DNA from: an uncultured Alphaproteobacteria bacterium
GTDB lineage: Bacteria > Pseudomonadota > Alphaproteobacteria > ATCC43930 > CGMCC-115725
DNA: 64,000 bases
Reading direction: 5' to 3'
NCBI GenBank assembly: GCA_963737145.1
Contig: CAVTRO010000006.1
Location: 130,911-194,910 of the forward strand
Position numbers and translations under genes: made by a program. How positions within the stretch are numbered: the first letter of the stretch is position 1; every line of letters begins with the position of its first letter. This document shows, piece by piece, positions 10,204 to 20,749 of this stretch. Below the pieces are notes generated by a model. It was not told where the DNA came from. It did not search any database and saw only the letters and a list, made by a program, of their open reading frames with translations.

Positions 10204-10307
10204 CGGCGCCCGGTTAGGTGGGCGGAATCCGGGATTGACCGCGGGCGTCGAACGGTAAACCATTCTTCGACCATTGCTTTCGCCGTCAGAGGGAGGATCA
10301 GCCCGCG

Positions 10308-11475
10308 ATGAGCATCAAGAACAAGGCCTATATTGTCGGGATCTACGAGCATCCGACGCGCAAGGCCGAGGACAAATCGCTCGCCCAATTGCACGCCGAA
10401 GTCGGCCAAGGGAGCGATCGAGGACGCCGGCCTCAATAAGAGTGACATCGACGGCTATTTTTGCGCCGGCGATGCGCCGGGCCTCGGGCCTCTATCGATG
10501 GCCGATTACATGGGATTGAAGCTGCGCCACATGGATTCGACCGATAGCGGCGGGTCGTCGTATATCATTCATGTGGGCCACGCCGCCGAGGCGATCGCGC
10601 TCGGCAAATGCAACATCGCGTTGATCACGCTCGCCGGCAGGCCGCGCAGCGAGGGCCAGGCGACCGGCACCGCGGCGCGCACCGCGCAGAACACGCCCGA
10701 CGCGCCGTTCGAAAACCCTTACGGTCCGGCCACTGCGAACATGTATGCGATGTGCGCGATGCGCCACATGCACCAGTACGGGACGACGAGCGAACAGCTC
10801 GCCTGGATCAAAGTCGCCGCCTCGCACCACGCGCAGCACAATCCGCATGCGATGCTGCGCGACGTCGTCACGGTCGAGGATGTCGTCAATTCGCCGATGA
10901 TCGCCGACCCGCTGCATCGGCTCGATTGCTGCGTAATTAGCGATGGCGGTGGGGCGATCATCGTCGCCAGCCCCGAGATGGCAAAAAGCCTGAAGCGGCC
11001 CAAGATCAAGATCCTCGGCGCCGGCGAAGCGCCCAAGCACCAGATGGGTGGGCAGATCGACCTGACCTATTCGGGCGCAGTGTGGTCCGGACCGCCGGCC
11101 TTTGCCGAGGCCGGGGTCAAGCCCGGCGACATCAAATACGCCTCGATCTATGACAGCTTCACGATTACCGTGCTGATGCAGATCGAGGACCTCGGCTTCT
11201 GCGAGAAGGGCCAGGGCGGCAAGTTCGTCTCAGACGGAAATCTGATAGCCGGCACCGGCAAATTGCCGTTCAACACCGATGGCGGCGGGCTGTGCAACAA
11301 CCACCCGGCAAACCGCGGGGGCCTCACGAAAGTCGTCGAGGCGGTGCGCCAATTGCGCGGCGAAGCGCATCCCGCGGTGCAGGTCAAGAATTGCGATCTG
11401 GCATTGGCGCACGGCACCGGCGGGTCGCTCGGCACAAGGCACGGCGCAGCGACCGTGATCATGGAGAGGGAGTGA
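10308..11475 (+). pseudogene. Thiolase-like (SCP-x/lipid-transfer type) protein, reading frame interrupted once
   Basis: The N-terminus from ATG 10308 (MSIKNKAYIVGIYEHPTRKAEDKSLAQLHAEV) is in a different frame from ORF 10333..11475 (..KGAIEDAGLNKSDIDGYF..). The frames join at gtcGGcc around 10401-10408. Confidence 0.8.
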
Positions 11476-11479
11476 GCAG

Positions 11480-11872
11480 ATGCCGGCTCAGGAACGCAAG
11501 ATCCAGGCCCCGCAGCCCAATCCCGAAACCCAGGCGTTCTGGAAGGCCGCTGAGGAAGGCAAATTGATGATCGGCAAATGCAATGCCTGTGGGGCGGCGC
11601 ATTACTACCCGCGCGCGATCTGCCCGTTCTGCTTCAGCGACAAGACCGAATTGCAGCAGGCCTCGGGCAATGGCACGATCTACACCTACAGCGTCATGCG
11701 GCGGGCGCCGATCCCTTATGCCATCGCCTATGTGGCATTGAGCGAGGGTCCGACGATGATGACCAACATCGTCGATTGCGACCTCGACAAGATCCGCATC
11801 GGGCAGGCGGTCCGCCTCGTCTTCAAACCGACCGACGGCGGGCCGCCGATGCCGATGTTCACGCTGACTTGA
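11480..11872 (+). CDS. Zn-ribbon/OB-fold protein (DUF35), usual partner of SCP-x type thiolases
   Basis: CNACG..CPFC zinc ribbon followed by an OB-fold segment. It starts 4 nt after the thiolase-like stop. Confidence 0.8.
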   Translation: MPAQERKIQAPQPNPETQAFWKAAEEGKLMIGKCNACGAAHYYPRAICPFCFSDKTELQQASGNGTIYTYSVMRRAPIPYAIAYVALSEGPTMMTNIVDCDLDKIRIGQAVRLVFKPTDGGPPMPMFTLT

Positions 11873-11890
11873 AATCCTTCAGCCCCGAAA

Positions 11891-14088
11891 TCAGCGCCAC
11901 TTTATCCGGCTGATTATATCGGAGCGTTCGTCGGTCCACAGCGCGGAGCTAGGTGCCGGGGCTGGCGGCTCCCAACCGAGATTGGCCTCGAGGAAATCCA
12001 GATCGCCACCACGCTGTGAGACAGCGATTACCTCGGTTTCGGCGTCTTCGATCTTGTTTGGCTCGGCAGGCCGATAGTGAAGGTGCCGCGCGGATGCGCC
12101 GGCGTCGGCGGCGAGCGCAGTGATGAGCGGCACGAGATCAAGGTATCGGTTGCTGATGTGAAACAAGATGATGCCGTGGGCCGCGAGCTTTCTTTGATAC
12201 AACGCGAGCGCTTCCCGGGTCAGAAGGTGAACCGGAATGCTGTCGGAGCTGAAGGCGTCGATGACGATAGCGTCGTACGATTGATCGGGCTCGTCTAGGA
12301 GGGTGAGCCGGGCGTCGCCGAATACGAGACGTGGCGTGTCGCCACCTCCGGTCAAGAAATGAAAAAAGCGTGTGTCTCGGGCGAGCTGCTCGACCGCCGG
12401 ATGAATCTCGTGAAACACCCAAACCTGCCCCGGGTGAGCATAAAAACCAAGTTCGCCCGCGCCGAGCCCGACCACCCCAACCCGCTCTAGCGGTCGCGCG
12501 GCTGCCGCTTTGAAGAAGCGGCCGAACGGCCCATTCTGGCGATAATACCCAAGCGGAACCCCCTCATCTCCCGGCCGTGTACCCTCGACGCCATGGATCG
12601 TGGTGCCGTGTTGCAGTACTCTGAGCGCGCCGTCGTCGACCACTCGCACACGATACACGCCGAAAAAGCTACGGGTGGTTTCAAGCGTTCCGCTGAGGTT
12701 GGCCAGTTGCACCACCAAAAGGCAGGCGGCAATTCCCAGAGCAAAGGCCCGCGCCGCTCGCTGAGGTAGAGGAGGACCAAAGCGGTGAGAACGAGCGCAC
12801 CGACTGCGACGAGAGCCGGTACGTTCTTCGCAAAGAAAAGCGACAACAAGACCAGGAAAACCAGGACGGGCAGGAGGACGTAGTGCCGGGCGACATTGGC
12901 CCTGCCGGGTCCGCCGACCGGGCGTATCAGACACGACGCCACGATCATCAGCGGGTATTCCCAGACATCCGGGAAGATCGCCGGCGCGATGACAGCATTG
13001 AACAACCCACCCAATACCCCGCCCAACGATATGCAGAGGTAGAATTGGGTCAGGTCTTCGACCGCCGGCCGGCGCGCCGCCAGCTCGCCATGGCAGACCA
13101 TGTCTATCACGAAGAAACCCGCCAGCTGCAGGACCAACAGCCAAATGTTTGGCGGCGCTAGAGACAGTACGATCATCGGGATGATGACCAGCGGCTGCAG
13201 TCTGACCATCAGCGGATGACCCAGCGGCGGCCGCCGTGCGAAAGCGCAGGTGAAGGTCAGGAGGTACAGCGTCAGGGGTACGACCCAGAAGAGCGGCGCC
13301 GAAGCGAGGTCGGTGGTGATATGCGTGGTGACGCCGAGAAGCAGGCTCGACGGGACAAAGGAGTAGGCAATCCAACGCAAACGGTCGGCTGTCCCGGCGG
13401 CATCACCGGCCAATTCTTGCTCTCTGGCCGGATTTTCACGGCTGCGATAGGAGAGCCAGCAAAAGGCGATCGCCGCGACGAGGATGGCGAGCCCGGCAGA
13501 CCATAGCCGGCTCTGCTCAGAGAGTGGTAGATACGGCTCAATAAGGAGCGGGTACGAAAGCAGCGCCAGCAGGCTGCCTCCGTTACTGGCCGCATAAAGA
13601 AAGTACGGATCCGCGGCGGTCTCGTGATCGGTGCGAGAAAACCAACGTTGCAGCAGCGGTGCCGTTGCCGTTATCGCGAAGAAAGGAATGCCCACGGTCG
13701 TGGTCAGGCGTAGGATGAGCCATAAGACCGGCGGTCCGTTTGGCGATTGCGCCCCTCCGGACACATCGAGCGGCAGGAACATGACGGCGAACGCCAGAAC
13801 CAGAACATGCACCCCCAGCTGTGTGCGAGGTTCGAGACACGTCGCCGAGAGATGGGCGTAAAGGTATCCAAGCAACAGCGTTGCCTGAAAAAAGCAAAGG
13901 CAGGTGTTCCACACGCTGGGCGTGCCGCCGAGTTGCGGCAGGACCATTTTGGTGAGCATCGGCTGCACCGCGAAGAGCAGGGCCGCGCTCAAGAACAGCG
14001 TGGCCGCAAAGAGCGGCAGCAGCACTTGCCTCGTAAGCATTCCGGCCGAGCGCTCTGACAACAGAACCCTATCCGGCGGCGAACTCAT
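11891..14088 (-). pseudogene. Polytopic membrane protein fused to a spermidine-synthase-like domain, one frameshift
   Basis: The N-terminal ~445 codons (frame of ORF 12487..14208, start MSSPPDRV at 14088) are multi-TM. The C-terminal domain (frame of ORF 11891..13375) carries VGVVGLGAGE and IVIDAFSSDSIP motifs. The frames join near 12745-12760. Confidence 0.75.
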
Positions 14089-14276
14089 GCCGTCTTCCCC
14101 TGCGATCGTGCCGCCACGATCCGTGGCAATGCTTTTAGAAATCGTAAAGAGGATCACCCCAGGCTTGATCTCCCGATCAGCTCCGTGTCTGCTTGCCTGG
14201 CAACCCAAAATAAGCGACGCTTCGGCTTCGAACGCGAGTTCTCGCGATGCTCCCCGGCCTATGACTGGAGAATAAA

Positions 14277-15065
14277 TTGGATACGCTCGAACCCAAGGTT
14301 TCCATGAGACCCCGCAATATCGGTCCGGAAGAGTGGGCGGTGCGAGTCGACCTCGCCGCCTGCTACAGGCTAATCGCCCATTTCGGCATGGACGATTTGA
14401 TCCTGGGCCACATCTCGGCGCGTGTGCCGGGGGCGGAGGATCAGTTTCTGATCAATCCAATGGGGCTGTTGTTCAACGAGATCACCGCTTCGAGCCTCTT
14501 GAAAATCGACATCGAGGGCAATCAGATCGAGCCGTCGGACTACGAGCCGAACCGCGCCGGCTTCATCATTCACAGCGCCATCCACATGGCGCGGCCCGAC
14601 GCCCGCTGCGTTCTGCACACCCATACCCAAGACAGCATCGCGGTCAGCGCACAGGAAGAGGGGCTCTTGCCCTTGTCGCAATGGGCGCTGCGCTTTTACG
14701 GTAACCTCGCCTATCACGATTACGAAGGCGTCTCACTCGATCTCGACGAGCGGGAGCGGCTGCAGCGCGACATCGGCCAGAATCAGGTATTGGTGTTGCG
14801 GAACCACGGCCTGTTGACCGTCGGCCACAATGTCGCCGAGGCGTTTTCGCTGACCTATTACTTCGAGCAGGCGGCGCGGGCTCAGCTCAAGATGCAGGCG
14901 GCTGCCGCGGCGGGCGCCAAGGTCCTGTTTCCATCAAAGGAAGCCTGCGAGCAGTCAGCGGCGCGCCCGCGCGGTAATGAGGGGCAACTGCCGCTCGCCG
15001 GGCAACGCGAATGGCCGGCCCTGCTGCGGCTCGCCGACAAGCTCGATCCGAGCTACCAAAACTGA
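14277..15065 (+). CDS. Class II aldolase/adducin family protein
   Basis: 262-aa ORF (TTG 14277, or ATG 14304) with metal-binding histidine context VLHTHT and NHGLLTVG. Confidence 0.85.
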   Translation: MDTLEPKVSMRPRNIGPEEWAVRVDLAACYRLIAHFGMDDLILGHISARVPGAEDQFLINPMGLLFNEITASSLLKIDIEGNQIEPSDYEPNRAGFIIHSAIHMARPDARCVLHTHTQDSIAVSAQEEGLLPLSQWALRFYGNLAYHDYEGVSLDLDERERLQRDIGQNQVLVLRNHGLLTVGHNVAEAFSLTYYFEQAARAQLKMQAAAAAGAKVLFPSKEACEQSAARPRGNEGQLPLAGQREWPALLRLADKLDPSYQN

Positions 15066-15076
15066 CCTGAGCCGCG

Positions 15077-15607
15077 TCAGCGGCGCCCGCACTGCTCCCG
15101 TTCGGCTCGGACCTGGCCAAGGCGGTATTGCAGGTGCTCGCGCTCTTCGCCGTAGGGGGTCTGGGCAAGCCTGTCGCGCAGCTCGTGCTCCTCATGTCTT
15201 AATCCCTCACACCGCTCGCGATAGCCATGCTCTTCGCCGTACCGTGGCGGCGGTGCATAACCCGGCGGGGGGTACCCCGGCGCGGGCGCATATCCGGGTC
15301 CAGGATAGCCAGGCGTTTGGGCTTCTCGCGGTGGCGGCACGGGAGCAGCAGGCCGGCCGCCATTGCAGACCAACTGACCGTTGTTGTTGCCGATATCCCC
15401 GACGCAATGCGTCACATTGAGGGCCGTCCGCTGATCGCCGCGCCCATTGGCTCTACGGCACACCGCGGTCAAGGTACCGCCCTGCATTCTGAAATCCCTG
15501 CAGCTCTGCTGATAGGAGCCCGGCGGCAGCCCCTGTGCATTTGCCGCAAAGGCCAGCCCCGCCAGCGCTGCCGCCGCGAACAACCCGGATACTATTTTCA
15601 CCTTCAA
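15077..15607 (-). CDS. Secreted protein with a single CVNH-like (cyanovirin-N homology) half-repeat, a PGY-rich linker and a charged helical tail
   Basis: Signal peptide MKVKIVSGLFAAAALAGLAFAANA. The segment SCRDFRMQGGTLTAVCRRANGRGDQRTALNVTHCVGDIGNNNGQLVC follows the C..L.A.C...G.....L....C...I.N.NG.L pattern of CVNH repeats. It is followed by PGYPGPGYAPAPGYPPPGYAPPP. Confidence 0.55.
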   Translation of the reverse strand: MKVKIVSGLFAAAALAGLAFAANAQGLPPGSYQQSCRDFRMQGGTLTAVCRRANGRGDQRTALNVTHCVGDIGNNNGQLVCNGGRPAAPVPPPREAQTPGYPGPGYAPAPGYPPPGYAPPPRYGEEHGYRERCEGLRHEEHELRDRLAQTPYGEEREHLQYRLGQVRAEREQCGRR

Positions 15608-15674
15608 CTCCCGCCCGTTGATGAATCCGATAACGGACGAAACGAGCCGGAAAGTTCCGGGTGCGTCGTGGTTC

Positions 15675-16487
15675 TCAAGCGAGCCAACGTTTGCGGCGGC
15701 GGTAATGCTTCACGTCGCGGTAACTCTTCCGCCCGGTGGCCGAGAGCCCGAGATAAAATTCCTTGACGTCCTCGTTGCTGCGCAACTCGGCCGCGGTCCC
15801 GTCCATCACGATCCGCCCGTTTTCGAGAATATAGCCGTACTGCGCATGGCGCAGCGCGATATTGGTGTTCTGCTCGGCGACCAAAAAACCGACATGCTCA
15901 TTCTCGTTCAGCCGGCCGACAATAGCGAAAATCTCCTCGACCAATAGGGGCGCCAGGCCCAGCGAAGGCTCGTCCAGCAGAATCATCTTTGGCTTCGACA
16001 TCAGCGCCCGGCCGATCGCGGTCATCTGCTGCTCGCCGCCGGAGGTGTAGCCGGCGATGGCGCCGCGCCGGATCTTGAGGCGCGGGAAATAGCTGTAGAC
16101 CTTGTCAAGATCCTCGGCGATCCGCGCCCGGCCATCGCGCCGCGTATAGGCGCCGGTCAGCAGATTTTCTTCGACGGTCAGATGCGCAAAGCAGTGGCGC
16201 CCTTCCATGACCTGGATCAGCCCGCGCTTGACGACTTCGGCGGCATCGAGCGCGTCGGTACGCTCGCCGGCAAAGGTGATCGAGCCCTTGGTCGCCTCGC
16301 CGCGCTCGGCGCGCAACAGGTTGGAAATCGCCTTCAACGTCGTCGTCTTGCCGGCGCCGTTGCCGCCGAGCAGCGCAACGATGCCGCCCTCCCCCACTTC
16401 GAGCGAGACGCCCTTCAGCACCAAAATGACGTGGTTGTAAATGACCTCGATGTTGTTGACGGAGAGGAGCGCGCCCGCTTCGGTCAT
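15675..16487 (-). CDS. Branched-chain amino acid (HAAT) type ABC transporter ATP-binding protein, LivF-like
   Basis: Walker A GGNGAGKTT, signature SGGEQQM, Walker B ILLDEPSLGL and a basic C-terminal tail. The start MTEAGALLSV is at 16487. Confidence 0.9.
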   Translation of the reverse strand: MTEAGALLSVNNIEVIYNHVILVLKGVSLEVGEGGIVALLGGNGAGKTTTLKAISNLLRAERGEATKGSITFAGERTDALDAAEVVKRGLIQVMEGRHCFAHLTVEENLLTGAYTRRDGRARIAEDLDKVYSYFPRLKIRRGAIAGYTSGGEQQMTAIGRALMSKPKMILLDEPSLGLAPLLVEEIFAIVGRLNENEHVGFLVAEQNTNIALRHAQYGYILENGRIVMDGTAAELRSNEDVKEFYLGLSATGRKSYRDVKHYRRRKRWLA

Positions 16488-17830
16488 CAGTTGCTTTGGG
16501 TCCTCACATTTGCTTCGAGCAGTCGCGCGGGGTAATGCCTTTCTCCTTCGCGTAAGCGATCGCCGAAATCCTTGTACATCTCGGTCAGCATTGCGCGGTC
16601 CGGTTGGATCCAATCGGAGACGAATTTCCAGTGCTTGCCGTCCCACTGCTGGATCCGCACTTGGCCGTTGCCTTCATGGTTGGCGCAGGAGAGCTGGATC
16701 GGCACCATCAGCCCGTCGGCGCCGAGTTGCGCTATGCGCTGCGGCGTGATGTCGAGGTGCTCGTAGCCCCACTGCACCTCTTCGCCCTTGAGCGGCTTCT
16801 TGCCGAATTTGGCCTGCGCGGTGCGGATCGCCTCGAGATCGTAGATCGCGTTGATTACGCCGCGGTTGTAGAGCACCTCGCCGACTTTGTCTCGCGTGGT
16901 GCGGCCGCCGTTCTTGTCATAGACGTATTTGAAGATGTCCTTGATCACCGGATAATCCTGCCCGGCGCCGTGGAACGTGCCCGATTTGTAGCCGACCGCC
17001 GCCTCGCCGGCGGGCAGGACGTCGGGTTCGGAGCCCGACCACCACACGCCGATGAAATGGTCCATCGGATATCCGACCGAGGCCGCGCCCTTGATCGCGG
17101 TCGAGTTCATCACTCCCCAGCCCCACATCAAAAGCCAGTCCGGCCGCTGTTGGCGGATCTGCAGCCAGGTTGCCGACTGCTCGATCCCCGGGGCCGAAAC
17201 CGGGTATTTGAGGAACGTGTAGCCGTATTTCTGCGACAGCTTTTCGAGCGTCGCGATCGGCTCCTTGCCGTAGGCGATGTCGATGTAGACGAGGCCGATC
17301 TTCTTGCCTTTGAGCTTGTCGAGGCCGCCCAACTGCTCCCCGACATATTTGACCATCGCGTCCGCCTGCGCCCAATAGGTCGCGGGCAACGTGAAAACAT
17401 AAGGGAAAACGGCGCCGTCGCTAGCGTCGGCGCGGCCGTAGCCCATCGAGACGACTGGGATCTTGTCGGCCGTCGCGCGCTCGATCAGAGCGTAGGTGAT
17501 GCCGGTCGACAACGGGTCGACGAGGCTGGCGCCGGTCGGCCCCTTGTTCTTGAGCCGCTCATAGCACTCCACGCCTTTGTCGTTATTGTAGCCGGTTTCG
17601 CATTCCTCGTAGGTGATCTTGACGCCGCCGACCCCGCCGTCGCGCGCGTCGATCATGTCGAGATAATCGGCATAGCCGTCCGCAAACGGGATGCCGTTCG
17701 GCGCATAGGGGCCGGTGCGATAGACGAGGCGCGGAATGAATTGCTCGTTCTGCGCGAACGCGCTGGCGGCGCCAAGGCCGAATACCGCGATCGCGAGCGC
17801 GGTCCACGCCAATGCTGTCTTGACCCTCAT
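16487..17830 (-). CDS. HAAT-type ABC transporter periplasmic substrate-binding protein (3' end frameshifted)
   Basis: Signal peptide MRVKTALAWTALAIAVFGLGAASAFA from ATG 17830, then a type I periplasmic binding fold. The last ~18 codons change frame at the AAA run 16566-16568. The alternative frame reads IAYAKEKGITPRDCSKQM with a stop at 16504. Confidence 0.85.
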   Translation of the reverse strand: MRVKTALAWTALAIAVFGLGAASAFAQNEQFIPRLVYRTGPYAPNGIPFADGYADYLDMIDARDGGVGGVKITYEECETGYNNDKGVECYERLKNKGPTGASLVDPLSTGITYALIERATADKIPVVSMGYGRADASDGAVFPYVFTLPATYWAQADAMVKYVGEQLGGLDKLKGKKIGLVYIDIAYGKEPIATLEKLSQKYGYTFLKYPVSAPGIEQSATWLQIRQQRPDWLLMWGWGVMNSTAIKGAASVGYPMDHFIGVWWSGSEPDVLPAGEAAVGYKSGTFHGAGQDYPVIKDIFKYVYDKNGGRTTRDKVGEVLYNRGVINAIYDLEAIRTAQAKFGKKPLKGEEVQWGYEHLDITPQRIAQLGADGLMVPIQLSCANHEGNGQVRIQQWDGKHWKFVSDWIQPDRAMLTEMYKDFGDRLREGERHYPARLLEANVRTQSN

Positions 17831-18334
17831 CTCATCCTCCCTGCGACCCAGATGCAACCGGGCATTGCTGCGCCAGAGATTACGTGGGCAGCCGACCCGG
17901 CGCAATCTTTCCAATCCCAGTGCGAACGTGCGGTTCGGCATAGCCCATTCCGGGCCAGACCGTTCAGGTCCGCCTGCCGCCAACTTGACCGACCATTCCA
18001 GGCTCCCGCTCCCCCAAGGACGGGCCGGAGCACGCCGCCATGCCGGATCGTCAGCCGGCATTTCGAAGGCCGCTCGCGCATGTCGCCGCTCGGAAACCGC
18101 GAGAGGCTGGAGGCGGCGCCAGAGACATTCAAGCTCCGCCTGATTGATTCCGGTGACGGCGCGGCCGGCATCAACCAATCTTCCGTCGGGTTCGTAATGC
18201 GACGAGCAACAGCGATCCGAGCCACGGCCGCCGGCCCTCCGGATCGGTCCAACCGACCATGAGGCAAATCCAAACCTCAGCAATTCTCGGGCTCTCACGA
18301 ACCCTGCGAGGTACCAAGCGGACGCGATAATGGA

Positions 18335-18940
18335 CTAGTTTCGGACGCTGTCGAGGATGTGCACATCGTCTACCACGGGCGGATGACCTGAGGCGGGGAG
18401 CGCGCCAGATGCCTGCATTAGGTGCTCATTGGCCACGATCCGATGCGAACGCGTCCGCTGAAGGTCGACATTCAGACCTGGCGATACGGTAATATGATTC
18501 GGCCAGCCCGTCCGAGCTGCCAGTCGCCCCGGTTGGAGCCGATATAGCGATTTCCAGAGAGGGGCGGGACCCTCATCCCGCAGCGGCGAGGGCCTTTTCG
18601 AGCTCAATCTCGGCGGCGAGGCTGTCACGATCGCGCCCGATCGTCAGAAGGGCCAGGTTGCGGCCGCTCTGCCAGTAAGTCACCGCGCAGTCCTTCGCCA
18701 TTCCGAGGTCGCCGGCCTCACGGCGAGGATAGGAGCCGAGATCCTCAGTCGGGGTGAATTGTTTCGGGTTAACGAAAATCGACGCGACAATCCGATCGCA
18801 CTCCGCATCGGCGGCTCGGACCAGCGCCATATGCCCTTCATGCAACGCGCCCATCGTCGGCACCAGGCCGACCCGCCGGTCGCCGACCTTGCGCCAAAGG
18901 ACGACATGGCTGCGCAGGTCGGCGACAATTCGTCTATTTC
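18335..18940 (-). pseudogene. panC: Degraded, shortened relic of pantoate--beta-alanine ligase
   Basis: The clear PanC N-terminal core is [52 protein letters not shown]. Downstream similarity is only patchy, spread across three frames (GDWQL.., ..ILDSVRN stop). The relic is ~600 bp against ~850 bp expected, and no start codon is evident. Confidence 0.55.
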
Positions 18941-18951
18941 CACGGACGCCC

Positions 18952-19799
18952 TTATCCCTTCACCGAGCCCGAGGTCAGGCCGGCGACGTAATGCTCGACA
19001 AAGAACGAATAGATGATGGCGACTGGGATCGAGCCCAACAGTGCGCCCGCCATCAGCTGGCCCCAATAGAACACGTCGCCGCGGATCAGTTCGGCGATGA
19101 CCCCGACCGGCACGGTGCGCACCTGGCTCTTGGTCAGGAAGATCAGCGCGTAGAGAAACTCGTTCTGCGACAGCGTGAAGGCAAAGATGCCGGCCGAGAT
19201 GAAGCCCGGCGTGCACAACGGCAAAAAGATCCTCCGCATCGTCTGCAATCGGCTGGCGCCGTCGATCCGCGCCGCTTCCTCGAGCTCCTTCGGCACGGTC
19301 TTGAAATAGCCGAGCAAGCAGCCAGGCGCAGAACGGCACCAGCATCGTCGGGTAAGTCAGAATCACCGAGGTCAGCGTGTTGCCGAGCTGGAGGCGGTTG
19401 ATCACATCGGCGAGCGGGATGAACAAGAGCGGCTGCGGCACGAGATAGATCGCCGCCATCGTCATCGCGATCAGCCCGGCGCCGGCAAAGCGCATGCGCG
19501 CGAGCGGATAGGCGAGCATGGTGCCGAGGACCAGCGAAATCGCCGTGGACACGACCGCGACCAGCATCGTGTTCCAGGTCCACAGCAGGAAGATTGTTTT
19601 GGTCAGAAGGTCGATGTAATGCTTCAGCGTCGGATGCATGGACGATCAGCGGCATCACGTTCCTGTTGTAGAGTTCGGAGTTCGGCTTGATCGACGTGAT
19701 CGCCATCCAGTAGAACGGAAACAGCGCCAGCACCAGGAAGAAGCCGACCGGCAGCCACACCCGCACGGCCTGCTTGAGCCGGCCATCGCCGCTAACCAT
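18952..19799 (-). pseudogene. CUT1 sugar ABC transporter permease (MalG-like), at least 2 frameshifts
   Basis: Three frame pieces: MVSGDGRLKQAVRVWLPVGFFLVLALFPFYWMAITSIKP.. (from 19799), ..HPTLKHYIDLLTKT..PFCAWLL, and ..GYFKTVPKELEEAARIDGAS..SGSVKG (stop 18952). The joins are near 19640 and 19320. Confidence 0.8.
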
Positions 19800-20734
19800 C
19801 ACTCTCTCCGCATGATAAACGGTGAGCGCGACGATCAGCAGGCGCCAACGCCGGCAGCATCGCCAGCGCCACCGAGGCGCCAAGGCCGAGCTGACCCGCC
19901 CCCATCGCGATATCGAAGGCATAGGTCGCAAACAGTTGGGTCGCATTGTCCGGCCCGCCATGGGTCAGCACGTAGACCAGCTGGAAATCGGCAAAGGTGA
20001 AGATGACCGAGAACAGCGTCACGATCAGGATAATCGGCTTCAGCAGCGGCAGTGTGACGAAGCGGAAGCGCTGCCAGCCGCCGGCGCCGTCGATGGTCGC
20101 CGCCTCATAGAGTTCGGGCGGCACGGTCTGCAGCCCGGCGAGCAGGGTGATGCCGTAAAAGGGCAGGCCGCGCCAGGTATTGATGATGATGATCGAAACC
20201 ATCGCGAGGGCGGGGTTGCCGAGCCAGGACGGGCCGGGCTTGGGTCAGCCGAGCGCCGATCAGCAGCCGGTTGACGACGCTGAAGGCGGGATCGAGCATC
20301 CACATCCAGGCCACCGTGCTCAGCACGGTCGGCACGATGAACGGCAGCAGCAGCAGCGCCCGCACCAGGTTCTTCATGCTGAAGTGCTGGTTCATCGCCA
20401 GCGCGAGGCCGAGCCCGCCGACCATCTTCAGCAATGTCGCCGCGACGGTATAGACGAAGGTATTGACCGCGACCTGCCAGAAGACCGGGTCGTGGGAATC
20501 GGTGATGAAGTTTCTCAGACCGACGAAAGGTGCCGGGCTGCGCCACCGGCCGATCCTGCAGGCTGAGCAGGATGCCGTAGACGAAGGGATAGCCGACGAG
20601 CCCGCCAGGAACAGCAGCGGCAGCGCCATCATCAGCCAGCTGAAGACGGCCTCGCGGTCGAGCCAGCCGGCCAGCGACAGGGCCTGGCGCGGCGGCCGCG
20701 CCAGCCCAGCCAGCGGTTCGCTGCGGATCGACAT
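19799..20734 (-). pseudogene. CUT1 sugar ABC transporter permease (MalF-like), at least 3 frameshifts
   Basis: Pieces are MSIRSEPLAG..MMALPLLFLAG, ..VGLRNFITDSHDPVFWQVAVNTF..PFIVPTVLSTVAWMWMLDP.., and ..MVSIIIINTWRGLPFYGITLLAGLQTVPPELYEAATIDGAG... The EAA-loop motif is present. The stop appears coupled to the next ATG (TGATG at 19797-19801). Confidence 0.8.
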
Positions 20735-20749
20735 GTCGCGCCGGACGCA

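Noticed and set aside
16604-18262. Very long ORFs on the opposite strand of clear genes. Examples are 16604..18262 (+), 687..1625 (-), 5076..6236 (-), 23201..24691 (+), 35605..36669 (+) and 38517..39584 (-).
   Set aside because: They are antisense shadows typical of GC-rich DNA. Their composition is Arg/Pro/Gly/Ala-rich and they match no family. Each is fully covered by a well-supported gene on the other strand.
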